From: Bacteroidetes bacterium B1(2017)
GTDB taxonomy: Bacteria; Bacteroidota; Bacteroidia; UKL13-3
Direction of reading: 5' to 3'
Length of the DNA stretch: 64,000 bases
Assembly: GCA_002256395.1 (NCBI GenBank)
Contig: NKJG01000002.1
Span: forward strand, 502,333 to 566,332
Shown in pieces: positions 1 through 10,558 of this stretch. The position numbers and the translations under genes were made by a program. Numbering within the stretch: position 1 is the first letter of the stretch; every line of letters begins with the position of its first letter. Under the pieces are notes generated by a model, which was given only the letters and a program-made list of their open reading frames with translations, was not told the origin of the DNA and made no database searches.

Positions 1-273
1 AATTAAGGCAAATGGAAAAAACCAAATGAAAGAACTATACACATCTGATTGTAATCTAAAAAAAGTATCTAGGGCATTTAATACTAAAAATGAAAATGCA
101 GAAATGGTATAGAATACAAATGAATAAAATAAAACACCATACGACTTTAAGGATGCCTGTTTTTGAAACTTTACCTTAATGATAAAAAAGAAAAAAAACA
201 CACTAATAAAAGCAATGCTAAGCCAAAGTGCATCTATCTCTTGGAGTATGGGCCAAATAAATTTGGTTTGCAT
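1..273 (-). CDS. Hydrophobic membrane protein, N-terminal part only (ORF runs off the left edge of the window)
   Basis: Hand translation of the minus strand. ATG at 273-271 lies 1 nt after the TAA of the upstream M23 gene. MQTKFIWPILQEIDALWLSIAFISVFFFFFIIKVKF... stays open for 91 codons to position 1. Missing from the ORF track because it is incomplete. Confidence 0.45.
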   Translation of the reverse strand, partial: MQTKFIWPILQEIDALWLSIAFISVFFFFFIIKVKFQKQASLKSYGVLFYSFVFYTISAFSFLVLNALDTFFRLQSDVYSSFIWFFPFALI

Positions 274-274
274 A

Positions 275-1327
275 TTAATTTCTAAATCGATCGTTTCTTA
301 AAATCCAGGCGTTTTCTTGTTTATTAAATCCAAAAAAACGTTTTAACTCTAAGGTATTGAACCTATATGGTTGACCCAAAGCAAGTGTATCACTAAATAA
401 AGGTTTATCTTGAATATGCATGTGGAGATGAGGAAAGCTAGTATTGCCACTATTTCCAGCCAATGCAATAAACTGACCACTTTGCAAAGTATCACCTTCC
501 TTTACCAAAATACTTGCTTTTTTAAGATGCGCTAAAAACAAATATTTATTTGCAGATAATTCAATTACAATATGATTTCCTGCTGGGTTTATTGAATCAA
601 TTCCCTTACCTATTAATTGTGTTTCAAAGCCATCTGCAATTGAATATACAATCCCTTTTGAGGGAGAAAAAACACTGTCGCCAAACGAATTAAAATCGGA
701 ACTATCTGTTCCATTATTTATAAAGAAACGCCCATCTTCATTAAGCTTTACCATGTCCATGGCATATTTTTGAGGAGGATAATTACTTTGATAATTCACC
801 CATTTCTCAGCCCCAGCATCTAAGGCAAGCCAGGTTCCTTTAACGGGTAAATCGAGCATCTGACATTGGTCGACAGCAGGATACTTATAGGTACCAGGTA
901 CAATTAGGGCAGCTAAAATAAAAGAGGCACTACAAAAAATACTTATTAAAAAGAATACCATTCTTTTTACAAATCCAACTACCAATTCATTGGATACGGT
1001 AAGCGATAAGATTAATTCTTGAATAGTAATATAATACAATACAAATACTAAAACAGCATGTGGAAAGGTTGGAGCAAAGGGCCTAAATTGGGCCACCGTA
1101 ATAAACCAAACAGGTATATCGGCTAGGAAGGCAAGTAAACCCAAAAAGAAAACAAGTTTGGTAGCTAAAATATACCAATCATGCTTTTTAAAACTAATCC
1201 AAGATCTTGAATCTTTATTTTTTATTACTAAGATTAATCTACTGATTCCGATTGCAAAAAATATGCAGGCAACTATCCATAGGCCTTGCATATACGTTGT
1301 ATAATATTGAGCTAAATTACTTTCCAT
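275..1327 (-). CDS. M23/LytM-domain peptidase family protein with N-terminal polytopic membrane anchor
   Basis: 350 aa. About 5 hydrophobic helices in the first ~145 aa, then M23 signatures HIVIEL..YLFLAHL and GNSGNTSFPHLHMHIQ. Starts 8 nt after the stop of the upstream permease. Confidence 0.8.
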   Translation of the reverse strand: MESNLAQYYTTYMQGLWIVACIFFAIGISRLILVIKNKDSRSWISFKKHDWYILATKLVFFLGLLAFLADIPVWFITVAQFRPFAPTFPHAVLVFVLYYITIQELILSLTVSNELVVGFVKRMVFFLISIFCSASFILAALIVPGTYKYPAVDQCQMLDLPVKGTWLALDAGAEKWVNYQSNYPPQKYAMDMVKLNEDGRFFINNGTDSSDFNSFGDSVFSPSKGIVYSIADGFETQLIGKGIDSINPAGNHIVIELSANKYLFLAHLKKASILVKEGDTLQSGQFIALAGNSGNTSFPHLHMHIQDKPLFSDTLALGQPYRFNTLELKRFFGFNKQENAWILRNDRFRN

Positions 1328-1335
1328 TTTTAAAA

Positions 1336-2568
1336 TTATTCAAATCTTAACGCTTCAATTGGATCAAGCTTACTTGCCTTAATAGCAGGATATAAGCCAC
1401 TTACTAAACCTACTATAACACATAATGTGATACCGCTAAACATCCAAAGCCAAGGGATAATAAAACCAACACCCACAAGGGAGGTAACTATATTTCCAAT
1501 GATTATTCCAAATATGATTCCACCAATTCCTCCAATTTGACAAATAACAACTGCTTCAAATAAAAACTGTCTTCGAATCATTTTTTGAGTTGCTCCAATA
1601 GCCTTTCTAATTCCAATTTCGCGGGTACGTTCCGAAACAGAAACCAACATGATATTCATTAAACCAATGGCAGCACCCAGAAGAGTTATAAAGCCAATAA
1701 CGGTTGCTGCAATGGTTACATAGCTAAGATTGCTAATCATTTCTTTAGCAATATTATCCGACTTCATTACATTAAAGTTCTCTTCACCACGAACAGGAAT
1801 TCTTCTTATTTTCCTAAATAAACTCGTTGCTTCCTCCACCCCAAAATCTAAGGTACTAATATCTTTTACGGCAACCGTAATTACGCTACTCATATTGGGC
1901 ATAGAGAAGGTTTGATAGGCATTTTGAATGGGTACTATAACAATTCTATCGCCACCAAATCCCATACTTGAACCTTTACTTTTTAGAATTCCCACAACCC
2001 TATATTTGGCACCTCCAATAAAAACACTTTCACCAAGCGCATTACCCGTTTTAAACAGTTTGGTTTTTATTTCTGAACCTAATAAAACAGCATTAGATGC
2101 AGACAGCATTTCTTTTTCAGAGAAATTTCTACCTTGGTCAATTTCATACCCGGCTACATTTAAATAATTTATGTCGCCTCCCATAACCATAATATTGGGA
2201 TCCGTTTTTATACTGGCATATTTTACGGTGCTCGCAAAACTGGCATTTACAGATAAAGAAGTAGTAGAAGGGAATTTAAACTCAGCCACAAACTTATCGG
2301 CCTCAGATTTTGAGATTGCCTTAAATTTCTTTGGACCTTTATTTCCACCAGAGAATTTGATGCTTTGCCCTCTGTTTTTAATGGTAAAAGTATTTGCTCC
2401 CATATTTGAAAAGGAGTTATTAATGCCGGCTTTAATCCCATCAATGGCTGTCAGAATGCCAACTAGAGCCATAATACCAATAGAAATAATTAGAGCGGTA
2501 ATGGTGGCTCGTAATCTATTTCCATTAATAGAATTAAGTGCTATTTTAAGGTTTTCGGTAAATGTCAT
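1336..2568 (-). CDS. ABC transporter permease, MacB/FtsX type
   Basis: 410 aa. N-terminal TM (LRATITALIISIGIMALVGIL), a large extracytoplasmic domain, and a C-terminal FtsX-like bundle with ERTREIGIRKAIGAT and YPAIKASKLDPIEALRFE. Paralog of 16138..17406. Confidence 0.88.
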   Translation of the reverse strand: MTFTENLKIALNSINGNRLRATITALIISIGIMALVGILTAIDGIKAGINNSFSNMGANTFTIKNRGQSIKFSGGNKGPKKFKAISKSEADKFVAEFKFPSTTSLSVNASFASTVKYASIKTDPNIMVMGGDINYLNVAGYEIDQGRNFSEKEMLSASNAVLLGSEIKTKLFKTGNALGESVFIGGAKYRVVGILKSKGSSMGFGGDRIVIVPIQNAYQTFSMPNMSSVITVAVKDISTLDFGVEEATSLFRKIRRIPVRGEENFNVMKSDNIAKEMISNLSYVTIAATVIGFITLLGAAIGLMNIMLVSVSERTREIGIRKAIGATQKMIRRQFLFEAVVICQIGGIGGIIFGIIIGNIVTSLVGVGFIIPWLWMFSGITLCVIVGLVSGLYPAIKASKLDPIEALRFE

Positions 2569-2879
2569 ACAGCAGTAGGAGCCGCTAATTTACTCTTTTC
2601 AACAAATTTAAAGCCTTTTCTGCCATTAGAATCTTGAAAATCTATTAGCATACCAGCAAAAAAGAAAATTTGACCAGCATTATAAATTACTTCTATTCCA
2701 TCAATATGAGCTAAACGGTCTTTATCCGTTTTGGCATCAAAACCAATTAATAATCCTTTGTCCTGTGCATTTTTTTGGCGAATACCAACCCTTAAACTAT
2801 ACCCTTCAGGAATTTGAAGAGTGGCTTTATAGTGCGCAATAGCCTCTTTTGCGGCATCTGTAAATTCAATCATTTGCAT
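2565..2879 (-). CDS. HesB/IscA-fold protein lacking all cysteines
   Basis: 104 aa. Pattern resembles A-type Fe-S carriers (IEFTDAAKEAI..LRVGI..LIGFD..IDGIEVIY..GMLIDF..GFKF), but the protein has no Cys. Its TGA overlaps the permease ATG (ATGA at 2565-2568). Confidence 0.6.
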   Translation of the reverse strand: MQMIEFTDAAKEAIAHYKATLQIPEGYSLRVGIRQKNAQDKGLLIGFDAKTDKDRLAHIDGIEVIYNAGQIFFFAGMLIDFQDSNGRKGFKFVEKSKLAAPTAV

Positions 2880-3000
2880 AGGGCGGCAAGTTAATCAATC
2901 TAAGTGTAATTGTTTCTTCCAAAACAATTTTATTGAACAAGCTCTAAATAAAATTTCCTCATTCAAGTTTGGAGCTGTATTTTCCCGAAAAAATAATTCT

Positions 3001-4050
3001 ATGCTTGATTTTTCTCTGGTAAGTTTAGCTGAAGTTTCTGTGCATCAAATTGGCAATAAAACAAATGGTGAATCCCTTATTATTTCAAAGGAAAAGGTAG
3101 ATAATAAGGAAGAAAAATTAGAAGAATTACTTCTTCAATATTTTCTAAAACCATTTCATCAGCCTGAATACTTTCACCTAACCTTTAGTAATGATGACCA
3201 TGAAATGAATCCGGTTTACCATTACGCCCAACAATGTTTTGAGCACCCAGATAGTTTCCATATTCAAAGTATTCATTTTGCGAAACACTTATTTGAGACT
3301 GCCTTGCACCCAAATATTAAGTCGGGGGATTTTTATGTTGCACGGTTTAATGACCTGCAATATGAGGGCAATTTGGTTCAGGCAATTGGCCTATTTAAAG
3401 CAGAAACAAAAGACCATTTCCTTAAAATGCAACGCCATGGCACTGGGTTCAACCTAAATTACGATTTAGGCACTCCTGTTGACAAATTGGATAAAGGCTG
3501 TTTAATTCTAAATATTGAAAGCGAAAAAGGATTTAAAGTATGCGCTGTAGATAGGGTTAACAAGAGCTCAGAAGCTTTATATTGGCGTGACCAATACTTA
3601 AAAATAAAACCTTGTTCTGATAATTTTCATTTTACAGAGAATTTTTTAACTGTAACCAAAGACTTTGTTACCAAACAATTAAAAGAGGAATTTGAGGTTA
3701 GCAAGGCAGATCAAATAGATTTGCTAAATCGTTCAGTAGCCTATTTTAAAGACAATGAACGTTTTGATAAGAATGACTTTTCGAATACCGTTTTTGGAGA
3801 TAATGAAGGCCTAATTACTTCTTTTAAAGACTACCAATCAAAGGTAGAAACGGAGTTTGAAATTGAGCTAAAAGATGGATTTGATATCTCTGACCATGCT
3901 GTAAAAAAACAAGCTCGAGTGTTTAAGAGTGTGTTAAAATTAGACAAGAACTTCCATATATATATCCATGGAAACCAAAACAATATAGAAAAGGGAGTGG
4001 ATCCAGATGGCAGGAAGTTTTACAAGATTTACTATTCAGAAGAAAACTAA
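3001..4050 (+). CDS. Nucleoid-associated protein, NdpA/YejK-like
   Basis: 349 aa. The N-terminus L..VSVHQIGNKTNGE matches my memory of the Bacteroidota NdpA-family N-terminal motif (VHxVGNK), and the size fits. Family assignment from memory only. Confidence 0.55.
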   Translation: MLDFSLVSLAEVSVHQIGNKTNGESLIISKEKVDNKEEKLEELLLQYFLKPFHQPEYFHLTFSNDDHEMNPVYHYAQQCFEHPDSFHIQSIHFAKHLFETALHPNIKSGDFYVARFNDLQYEGNLVQAIGLFKAETKDHFLKMQRHGTGFNLNYDLGTPVDKLDKGCLILNIESEKGFKVCAVDRVNKSSEALYWRDQYLKIKPCSDNFHFTENFLTVTKDFVTKQLKEEFEVSKADQIDLLNRSVAYFKDNERFDKNDFSNTVFGDNEGLITSFKDYQSKVETEFEIELKDGFDISDHAVKKQARVFKSVLKLDKNFHIYIHGNQNNIEKGVDPDGRKFYKIYYSEEN

Positions 4051-4055
4051 GAAAC

Positions 4056-4757
4056 TTGAATTATAGAAAAAAAATCTCCTATCTTATTGTCAAGAAACTA
4101 ACCTATAGTTATGCTCAAGCTCAGGAAGCACTAGCTGCTGGTAAGGTTCTTCTAAATGGCGAGATTTGTTTTGAAAACCAAATTATTGACCCCTACTCAG
4201 AGTTAAGTTGTAATGGTCTTTTGGTTCAAACCGCCTCCCATTTAAAGTATTTTGCGTATTACAAGCCTAAGGGTATTGAATGCACTCTGAACCCAGAAAT
4301 AAACCAAAGCCTTTACCATTTTCTACCAGAGAAAGATACCAGCCTATTTTATGCTGGCAGATTGGATAAAGATTCTGAGGGATTGCTATTGCTAACCAAC
4401 GATGGTTTGATTTACAATAAGGTTATTAATCCCGCTAAAGAAATTAGCAAACGTTATTTAGTTAAATTGGAAAAGCCATATGAAAACGACTTCAAATTGG
4501 CCATGGAAACTGGGGTTCAAATATTGGGAAAACAAACTAAACCCTGCCTTTTTGAACCAATAGATGAGCTTTGTTTTTATTTAGAAATTACGCAAGGAAT
4601 GAATAGGCAAATTAGGAGAATGTGTTTTGCATTAGGCAATTACGTTGTTTTTTTAAAGCGTATTCGAATTGGAGAAATTGATTTAGGAGAAATAAAACCG
4701 AACGAGTTTAGGAATTTAACCGAAAAGGAACTTAATTGGTTGAAAAAATTAGACTAG
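4056..4757 (+). CDS. Pseudouridine synthase, RsuA/RluB/RluE/RluF family
   Basis: 233 aa. S4-like N-terminus, catalytic motif GRLDKDSEGLLLLTNDG and NRQIRRM. Apparent TTG start. Confidence 0.85.
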   Translation: MNYRKKISYLIVKKLTYSYAQAQEALAAGKVLLNGEICFENQIIDPYSELSCNGLLVQTASHLKYFAYYKPKGIECTLNPEINQSLYHFLPEKDTSLFYAGRLDKDSEGLLLLTNDGLIYNKVINPAKEISKRYLVKLEKPYENDFKLAMETGVQILGKQTKPCLFEPIDELCFYLEITQGMNRQIRRMCFALGNYVVFLKRIRIGEIDLGEIKPNEFRNLTEKELNWLKKLD

Positions 4758-4803
4758 GATTAAATTCCTTTAATTCCTATGTTTGATTGTAAATGAAAGT
4801 TAT

Positions 4804-5358
4804 ATGTTAAAGAGAATTCTTATTATTACAGGTATTGTAATTGTTGGCATCCTAATTTTTTTTAATTGGTTTAAAAAAGACACAAAGAAGCATAGTCCTG
4901 CGGCAACAGCAAATTACAAGGAAGGGGCTTTAGATATTACAGTTAATTATTGCCGTCCCTATGCAAAAGGAAGGGTAATTTTTGGCGAAGAGGAAGCGGA
5001 AGCTTTGCAGCCATATGGTAAATATTGGAGATTAGGTGCCAATGAAGCTACAACTTTTGAAAACAATCAAGCTATCTTATTCAATGAAAAGGAATTAGCA
5101 CCAGGTAAATATGCTATATATGCTTATCCAGGCCACGATAAATGGACGGTTTGTGTAAATAAAGAATGGGACCGATGGGGAGCTCAAGAAGCAGATATGG
5201 AACAAGATGTTTTTAGAACTGAAGTAAAGGCATTTAACGATGCAAACTTTTTAGAGCAATTTGAGATATCCTTTGAACCTAAAGATAGCAGCGGAACATT
5301 TAATATGGTATTTCATTGGGATAAAACAGAAGTAAGAGTTCCCTTGAAAAACAAATAA
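4804..5358 (+). CDS. DUF2911 domain-containing protein
   Basis: Signal/TM segment MLKRILIITGIVIVGILIFF, then YCRPYAKGRVIFG...LQPYGKYWRLGANEATTF, typical of DUF2911. I prefer the ATG at 4804 over the TTG at 4783. Confidence 0.7.
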   Translation: MLKRILIITGIVIVGILIFFNWFKKDTKKHSPAATANYKEGALDITVNYCRPYAKGRVIFGEEEAEALQPYGKYWRLGANEATTFENNQAILFNEKELAPGKYAIYAYPGHDKWTVCVNKEWDRWGAQEADMEQDVFRTEVKAFNDANFLEQFEISFEPKDSSGTFNMVFHWDKTEVRVPLKNK

Positions 5359-5390
5359 TTTAAGTCTTTTTGGCCCACTTTGGAATAAAT

Positions 5391-6722
5391 TTACCTAAAG
5401 AATAGCAAGCTAATTAACACCAAAATGGGTAGTAAAATTGGGAGACTGTAACTCCATATATACTTCCCAAAACTAGGCATTTTAACACCAGTTTGCTCTG
5501 CTATAGCCTTTACCATAAAATTAGGCCCATTTCCTATATAGGTCATTGCACCAAAAAATACAGATCCTACAGATAGGGCTCTCAATAAATCAACCCCAGA
5601 GCTGGCCATAAATAAATGTACATCGCTATAAATATTCATGTTGAAATTAGCACTTGAAAGGATTAATGCAAAAACATTCAGGTAGGTTGGCGCATTATCT
5701 AATACACTACTAAAAATTCCACTACTCCAATATATTAAGGCCTGAGAGAGCACTAAACTATCTTTTTGGTGGTGAGCAAATGCTTCCAAAGATTGCAAGG
5801 CAGGCATCATACATAGGAATATTCCAAAGAACAAAAAGGCAACTTCTTTAATTGCGTCAAAATCAAATTTATTTCCTTGTAAGGCCTTTTTATTGGCAAA
5901 TAAATAACAAAGTAAAGAAGCACTTAATTGAATAATTTCTCTTATAAACGAAAGCTTCTTTCCATGAAAATCTATATACGGCAAACCTTCAATAATATTG
6001 GGGTCAAGAAACACGGTGGATACTCCAAGAAGTAACCAAATAAAGTTACGTTTTCCAGTTATAAGTATCTTATTCGTATAATGTTTACTAACATCCACAT
6101 CATCAAGGCTTGTATTCCGTTTTTCGAAGACGTAAAATACAGATAATAAACTAATAATTGCTACCAACCACGGCTGCCATAAATGCTCCGCTGTCCAAAA
6201 AAATGGCACCCCTTTAAGAAAACCCATAAAAAGCGGTGGATCACCTATAGGAGTAAGAGATCCCCCAACATTTGAAATAAGGAAAATAAAGAAAACAATA
6301 TGGTAAGGTTTGAGCCTGTAGCGGTTTATTCTCATAAACGGACGAATAAATAAAACGGAGGCTCCCGTGGTACCAATAATATTAGTAAAAATGGCTGCTA
6401 TAAATAGAAAGGCAATGTTAACCCAAACTTTAGATTCAACATCCACAAAGAAATAGATGCCTCCACTTGAAATATATAAAATGGTTAAAAGGCTAATAAA
6501 AGAGGCATATTCTGCCAAGGTTTCCAGGGGCAATACAGTATCTTTTAATGCAAATACATAATAGGTTCCAACTAACAAACCAAGTCCAATACTGATATGT
6601 TTATAGTAATGATGCCAAATTGTAGGAAACAAAACCGGACCAGTTGCAATCATTAATAACAACGATACAAATGGCAATACCAACCAAATGGGAGGTTCCT
6701 GTAGGATAACAGTTAATATCAT
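5391..6722 (-). CDS. ArsB/NhaD-superfamily permease (sodium:proton antiporter-like)
   Basis: 443 aa, polytopic throughout. GGSLTPIGDPPLFMGFLKGVPFFW motif as in citrate-transporter-like/NhaD-type permeases. Confidence 0.7.
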   Translation of the reverse strand: MILTVILQEPPIWLVLPFVSLLLMIATGPVLFPTIWHHYYKHISIGLGLLVGTYYVFALKDTVLPLETLAEYASFISLLTILYISSGGIYFFVDVESKVWVNIAFLFIAAIFTNIIGTTGASVLFIRPFMRINRYRLKPYHIVFFIFLISNVGGSLTPIGDPPLFMGFLKGVPFFWTAEHLWQPWLVAIISLLSVFYVFEKRNTSLDDVDVSKHYTNKILITGKRNFIWLLLGVSTVFLDPNIIEGLPYIDFHGKKLSFIREIIQLSASLLCYLFANKKALQGNKFDFDAIKEVAFLFFGIFLCMMPALQSLEAFAHHQKDSLVLSQALIYWSSGIFSSVLDNAPTYLNVFALILSSANFNMNIYSDVHLFMASSGVDLLRALSVGSVFFGAMTYIGNGPNFMVKAIAEQTGVKMPSFGKYIWSYSLPILLPILVLISLLFFR

Positions 6723-6794
6723 GAAGCGAAAATAAGTGAAAATAATTCTAAAGTATTCTAGAATATCTTTGCAGCTTCAAAATATTAAGCCAAC

Positions 6795-7238
6795 CTAAGC
6801 ATGAGATTCAACGTATTTTTTGAAATTTGATAATATAGCTTGCCAGCCTGCTTGCTGCAATTCATGAGAATTCTGAGTTTCTGGTTCAAAAGTTTCAGTT
6901 ACCTTAACTCCCCCATCAATCCCTAAAAATTCAACACTTACTTTTCTTGAATCATCTAAGGTGTAGGCTATCAATTCGTGCTTTTTTACCTCTGTATAGG
7001 TGCCACCAAAATCAAATTTAAAACTACCATCTTTTGCAGCCATTGTGTAACTAAAGGTTCCACCAACTTGCAAATCATTTTGGGCAAAGGGGGTATGCCA
7101 ATCATCCGATGCATTGTTCCAATTACAAATATGTTCAGGTTCGGTAAAAAAATTCCAAACCTTATTAATTGCAGCAACCACATGCGTTTCTACAACAATT
7201 ACAGAATTCTGGGAGGAAGAAGCTGTTGAATCAGTCAT
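6795..7238 (-). CDS. SRPBCC-fold protein (AHSA1/START-like)
   Basis: 147 aa. VWNFFTEPEHICNWN...WHTPF..GGTFSY..FGGTYTEV..IAYTL pattern of the Activator-of-Hsp90-ATPase-like SRPBCC family. Confidence 0.7.
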   Translation of the reverse strand: MTDSTASSSQNSVIVVETHVVAAINKVWNFFTEPEHICNWNNASDDWHTPFAQNDLQVGGTFSYTMAAKDGSFKFDFGGTYTEVKKHELIAYTLDDSRKVSVEFLGIDGGVKVTETFEPETQNSHELQQAGWQAILSNFKKYVESHA

Positions 7239-7292
7239 AAAGTGAGTATTAAAGAGTGAGTTAAAAGTGGTCCAACTTAGTAAATATTACAA

Positions 7293-8681
7293 TTATTCGC
7301 AAACATAAATATGTCTTATCTGCATTTGCTTGTTTAAATCAAGCGTATATTCAACATTCCTAATTTGTCTACCAACGGTATAAGAAAACTTTAGGGTTGA
7401 TTCGTCTTTCTTTAAAGGAATTCGAACATAATATATTTTGTTTGGTAAAGTTTGCCAATGGCGCAAATCAAAGCCATTTCCAGTACTTACTGGATAAACT
7501 CTTTCCCTAAAATTCCGCTTTCCGTATCCATAAACCATCATAAATTCTAGGTTATTGATAAGTTGGGGCTCGTATTTTGTTTGATCAACCTGAATACTCT
7601 TAACCCTATTTGTATAGGGATAATATTGAACAGAATAAGCAGGTAAATATTCCGGAAAAGTTGGCGTTTGGTCGTCGAAACTTCGCACAGATGAGGTAGT
7701 AGGAAGATTATGAGAATTACTATTGGGTTTATTTTGAATTTGAAAATTGCCGGTAGGGTTTTTAAATGGAATTAATCCTTCCTCAATAATAAGAACTAAG
7801 GAACGAGAATAAAGCTCATCTTGCTTTAAACTTAGCGAAAATTGCTTACTCCATTGTTCATATTTATCTGTAAAGCCCAACTTTTTATTGATTCTTAGTA
7901 TATCAAGTTTTAATTGCTCAGGCGCTACCATTCCGTAATATGGCTGTGAATAATAATCTTGATAGCATTGCCATGCCTTTTCGTAGGCAATTAGGGCATC
8001 ATTGGGTTCACCCGCGGCCTCATAAAATAAACCAGCCGCCAAATTGGTAAATGGGTTGCGAGCATAAGGAACTTCAGGATTAATTGGATAGGCCCTCCTA
8101 TCCAGATTCTCCCCTATTTTTTCAAGTCGTTTTGCCTCCACTAAAAAATTGTCTTTGTTGCCATAAGCAGCACTCAATCCCACATAAAAATTAAGAAGTG
8201 GCTTTTCCATATCAAGGCAAATGTATTCGGTTCTAGAGGCTGTTTTTAAAGAACCAGTATAAGAATATCCAGATGATTTTGGAGCCTCCCGCCAATCTAA
8301 TCCCATAGATTTAGGTTTTTCTGTGGTCACTTTTCCCGAATAATATTCATTATTAAAGTCAAATACTTTGATTTTACCTCCCGAAATATCGCGATAGAAA
8401 TAACTATTGAAATCCTCAACTTTAAGCTCTGCTTCAATAAATAATTTATTTGCAGCACTATAATTTCCTTGTAAAAACAATACCCTTCCCTCCTCCACTT
8501 GCTTAAGCATAAGGTTATATTGTTGATTCAATTCTTTATTTTTATTCATTTCTGCCAAGGCTAAATCATATTTTTTTGAGGCTAAATTATCAATAGCAAT
8601 GGCCTGAGTTTGATGATAGGGAATACTTTTACAAGAAAATAGGAAAGAAAATAGTAGAAATAGGTAAAGAGTATTTTTCAT
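7293..8681 (-). CDS. TPR-like lipoprotein of unknown function (paralog of 43332..44759)
   Basis: Lipobox at MKNTLYLFLLFSFLFSC, so I prefer the start at 8681. GRVLFLQGNYSAANKLFIEAELKVEDFN aligns with GTVLWMQGDYMNSNVYFQKADFFVEDYN in the 43332..44759 protein. Confidence 0.75.
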   Translation of the reverse strand: MKNTLYLFLLFSFLFSCKSIPYHQTQAIAIDNLASKKYDLALAEMNKNKELNQQYNLMLKQVEEGRVLFLQGNYSAANKLFIEAELKVEDFNSYFYRDISGGKIKVFDFNNEYYSGKVTTEKPKSMGLDWREAPKSSGYSYTGSLKTASRTEYICLDMEKPLLNFYVGLSAAYGNKDNFLVEAKRLEKIGENLDRRAYPINPEVPYARNPFTNLAAGLFYEAAGEPNDALIAYEKAWQCYQDYYSQPYYGMVAPEQLKLDILRINKKLGFTDKYEQWSKQFSLSLKQDELYSRSLVLIIEEGLIPFKNPTGNFQIQNKPNSNSHNLPTTSSVRSFDDQTPTFPEYLPAYSVQYYPYTNRVKSIQVDQTKYEPQLINNLEFMMVYGYGKRNFRERVYPVSTGNGFDLRHWQTLPNKIYYVRIPLKKDESTLKFSYTVGRQIRNVEYTLDLNKQMQIRHIYVCE

Positions 8682-8770
8682 AAGGGTAGCATTTGTAAAC
8701 AAACTAACCAATAATTATTCCAAAATCCTATCGAGCTAAAAATTCAGCATAAAAACCTATATTCGCGGCA

Positions 8771-10558
8771 ATGGACCATATTAGAAATTTTTGCATCATA
8801 GCCCATATTGATCACGGTAAGAGTACGCTGGCCGACAGACTATTAGAATATACAAACACCACCACAGTTAGAGACATGCAAGCTCAATTGCTTGACAACA
8901 TGGATCTTGAACGTGAAAGAGGAATTACCATAAAAAGCCATGCAATTCAAATGAATTATGCAGAAGATGGTAAAAAATACGTTCTGAACCTAATTGATAC
9001 TCCCGGTCACGTAGATTTTAGTTATGAAGTTTCACGTTCAATTGCAGCGTGTGATGGAGCCTTATTAATTGTAGATTCAAGTCAGGGTATTCAAGCTCAA
9101 ACCATTTCAAACCTTTATTTAGCAATTGAACAAGGACTTGAAATCATTCCAATTCTTAATAAAATTGACCTTCCACACTCTATGCCAGAGGAAGTTAGTG
9201 ATCAAATTATAGATTTAATAGGCTGTGATTACGAAGATATTTTGCGAGCAAGTGGAAAAACGGGTGAAGGTGTTCGTGATATTTTAAAGGCTATTGTAAA
9301 AAGAGTTCCCCCACCAAAAGGCGATTATGATGCCCCTTTGAAGGCACTAATTTTTGATTCAGTATTTAACTCCTTCCGAGGAATTATAGCATATTTTAGG
9401 GTAATTGACGGAGTTATAAAAAAAGGCGACAAGGTTAAATTTATGTCGAATAATAGCGAATACCTTGCCGATGAAGTAGGTATTTTGGGATTAACGCCTG
9501 AACCAAAAGCTCAAATTTCAGCAGGAGATGTGGGGTATATTATTTCGGGTATTAAAGAGGCTCGTGAAGTAAAAGTAGGTGATACAATTACCCATGTAGA
9601 AAGGCCAACTGCCGAATCAATTAAAGGTTTTGAAGAGGTGAAACCAATGGTATTTGCTGGTATTTACCCAGTTGATACTGAAGATTTTGAGGAACTTCGC
9701 GAAAGTATGTATAAGCTTCAATTAAATGATGCATCCTTAACCTTTGAACCAGAATCTTCGGCCGCTTTAGGATTTGGATTCCGTTGTGGTTTCCTTGGTA
9801 TGCTTCATATGGAGATTATTCAAGAACGCCTTGAACGCGAATTTAAGATGACTGTAATAACAACAGTTCCCAATGTAAGTTACCATTGTTACGATAATAA
9901 AGGGGTTATGAATGTAGTAAATAACCCTAGCGATTTGCCTGATGCAAATTATATTGATCACGTAGAAGAACCATTTATTAAGGCTCAAATAATTACACAT
10001 GTTGATTATGTAGGTCCAATTATGGGTCTTTGCCTTGGCAAAAGAGGAATTTTAAAAGAACAAAAATATCTCACAACCACACGTGTTGAAATGGTTTTTG
10101 ATATGCCATTAGCGGAAGTTGTATTCGACTTTTTTGATAAGCTAAAAACAATATCCAAAGGGTATGCATCCTTTGATTACCATCCTATTGGCTACGTAGA
10201 GTCTGATTTAGTAAAATTAGATATCCTATTGAACAAAGAAAATGTAGATGCACTTTCGGCTATTATCCATAGAGAAAGAGCTTATGATTTTGGAAAACGA
10301 ATTTGTGAAAAATTAAGGGAACTAATACCTCGCCACCAATTTGAAATTCCAATTCAAGCAAGTATTGGAGCTAAAGTAATTGCTCGCGAAACAATTAAAG
10401 CCTTAAGAAAAGACGTAACAGCAAAATGTTATGGGGGTGATATTTCTCGTAAACGTAAATTACTTGAAAAGCAAAAAGAGGGTAAAAAACGGATGCGCCA
10501 AGTTGGTTCAGTAGAAATACCGCAGAGTGCATTTATGGCAGTATTAAAACTTGATTAA
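8771..10558 (+). CDS. lepA: Translation elongation factor 4
   Basis: 595 aa. G-motifs [20 protein letters not shown] and NKIDL. LepA-specific C-terminus [25 protein letters not shown]. Confidence 0.98.
   Translation: MDHIRNFCIIAHIDHGKSTLADRLLEYTNTTTVRDMQAQLLDNMDLERERGITIKSHAIQMNYAEDGKKYVLNLIDTPGHVDFSYEVSRSIAACDGALLIVDSSQGIQAQTISNLYLAIEQGLEIIPILNKIDLPHSMPEEVSDQIIDLIGCDYEDILRASGKTGEGVRDILKAIVKRVPPPKGDYDAPLKALIFDSVFNSFRGIIAYFRVIDGVIKKGDKVKFMSNNSEYLADEVGILGLTPEPKAQISAGDVGYIISGIKEAREVKVGDTITHVERPTAESIKGFEEVKPMVFAGIYPVDTEDFEELRESMYKLQLNDASLTFEPESSAALGFGFRCGFLGMLHMEIIQERLEREFKMTVITTVPNVSYHCYDNKGVMNVVNNPSDLPDANYIDHVEEPFIKAQIITHVDYVGPIMGLCLGKRGILKEQKYLTTTRVEMVFDMPLAEVVFDFFDKLKTISKGYASFDYHPIGYVESDLVKLDILLNKENVDALSAIIHRERAYDFGKRICEKLRELIPRHQFEIPIQASIGAKVIARETIKALRKDVTAKCYGGDISRKRKLLEKQKEGKKRMRQVGSVEIPQSAFMAVLKLD

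Noticed and set aside
2171-2578. Long antisense or alternate-frame ORFs inside well-supported genes: 2171..2578, 1928..2167, 13003..13440, 46712..47101, 47183..47479, 31104..31436, 58615..58926, 60948..61265, 56369..56668.
   Set aside because: Each lies entirely within a gene whose translation carries clear family motifs. Their products are low-complexity with no recognisable motifs, and none has its own intergenic start context. They are best explained as shadow ORFs.
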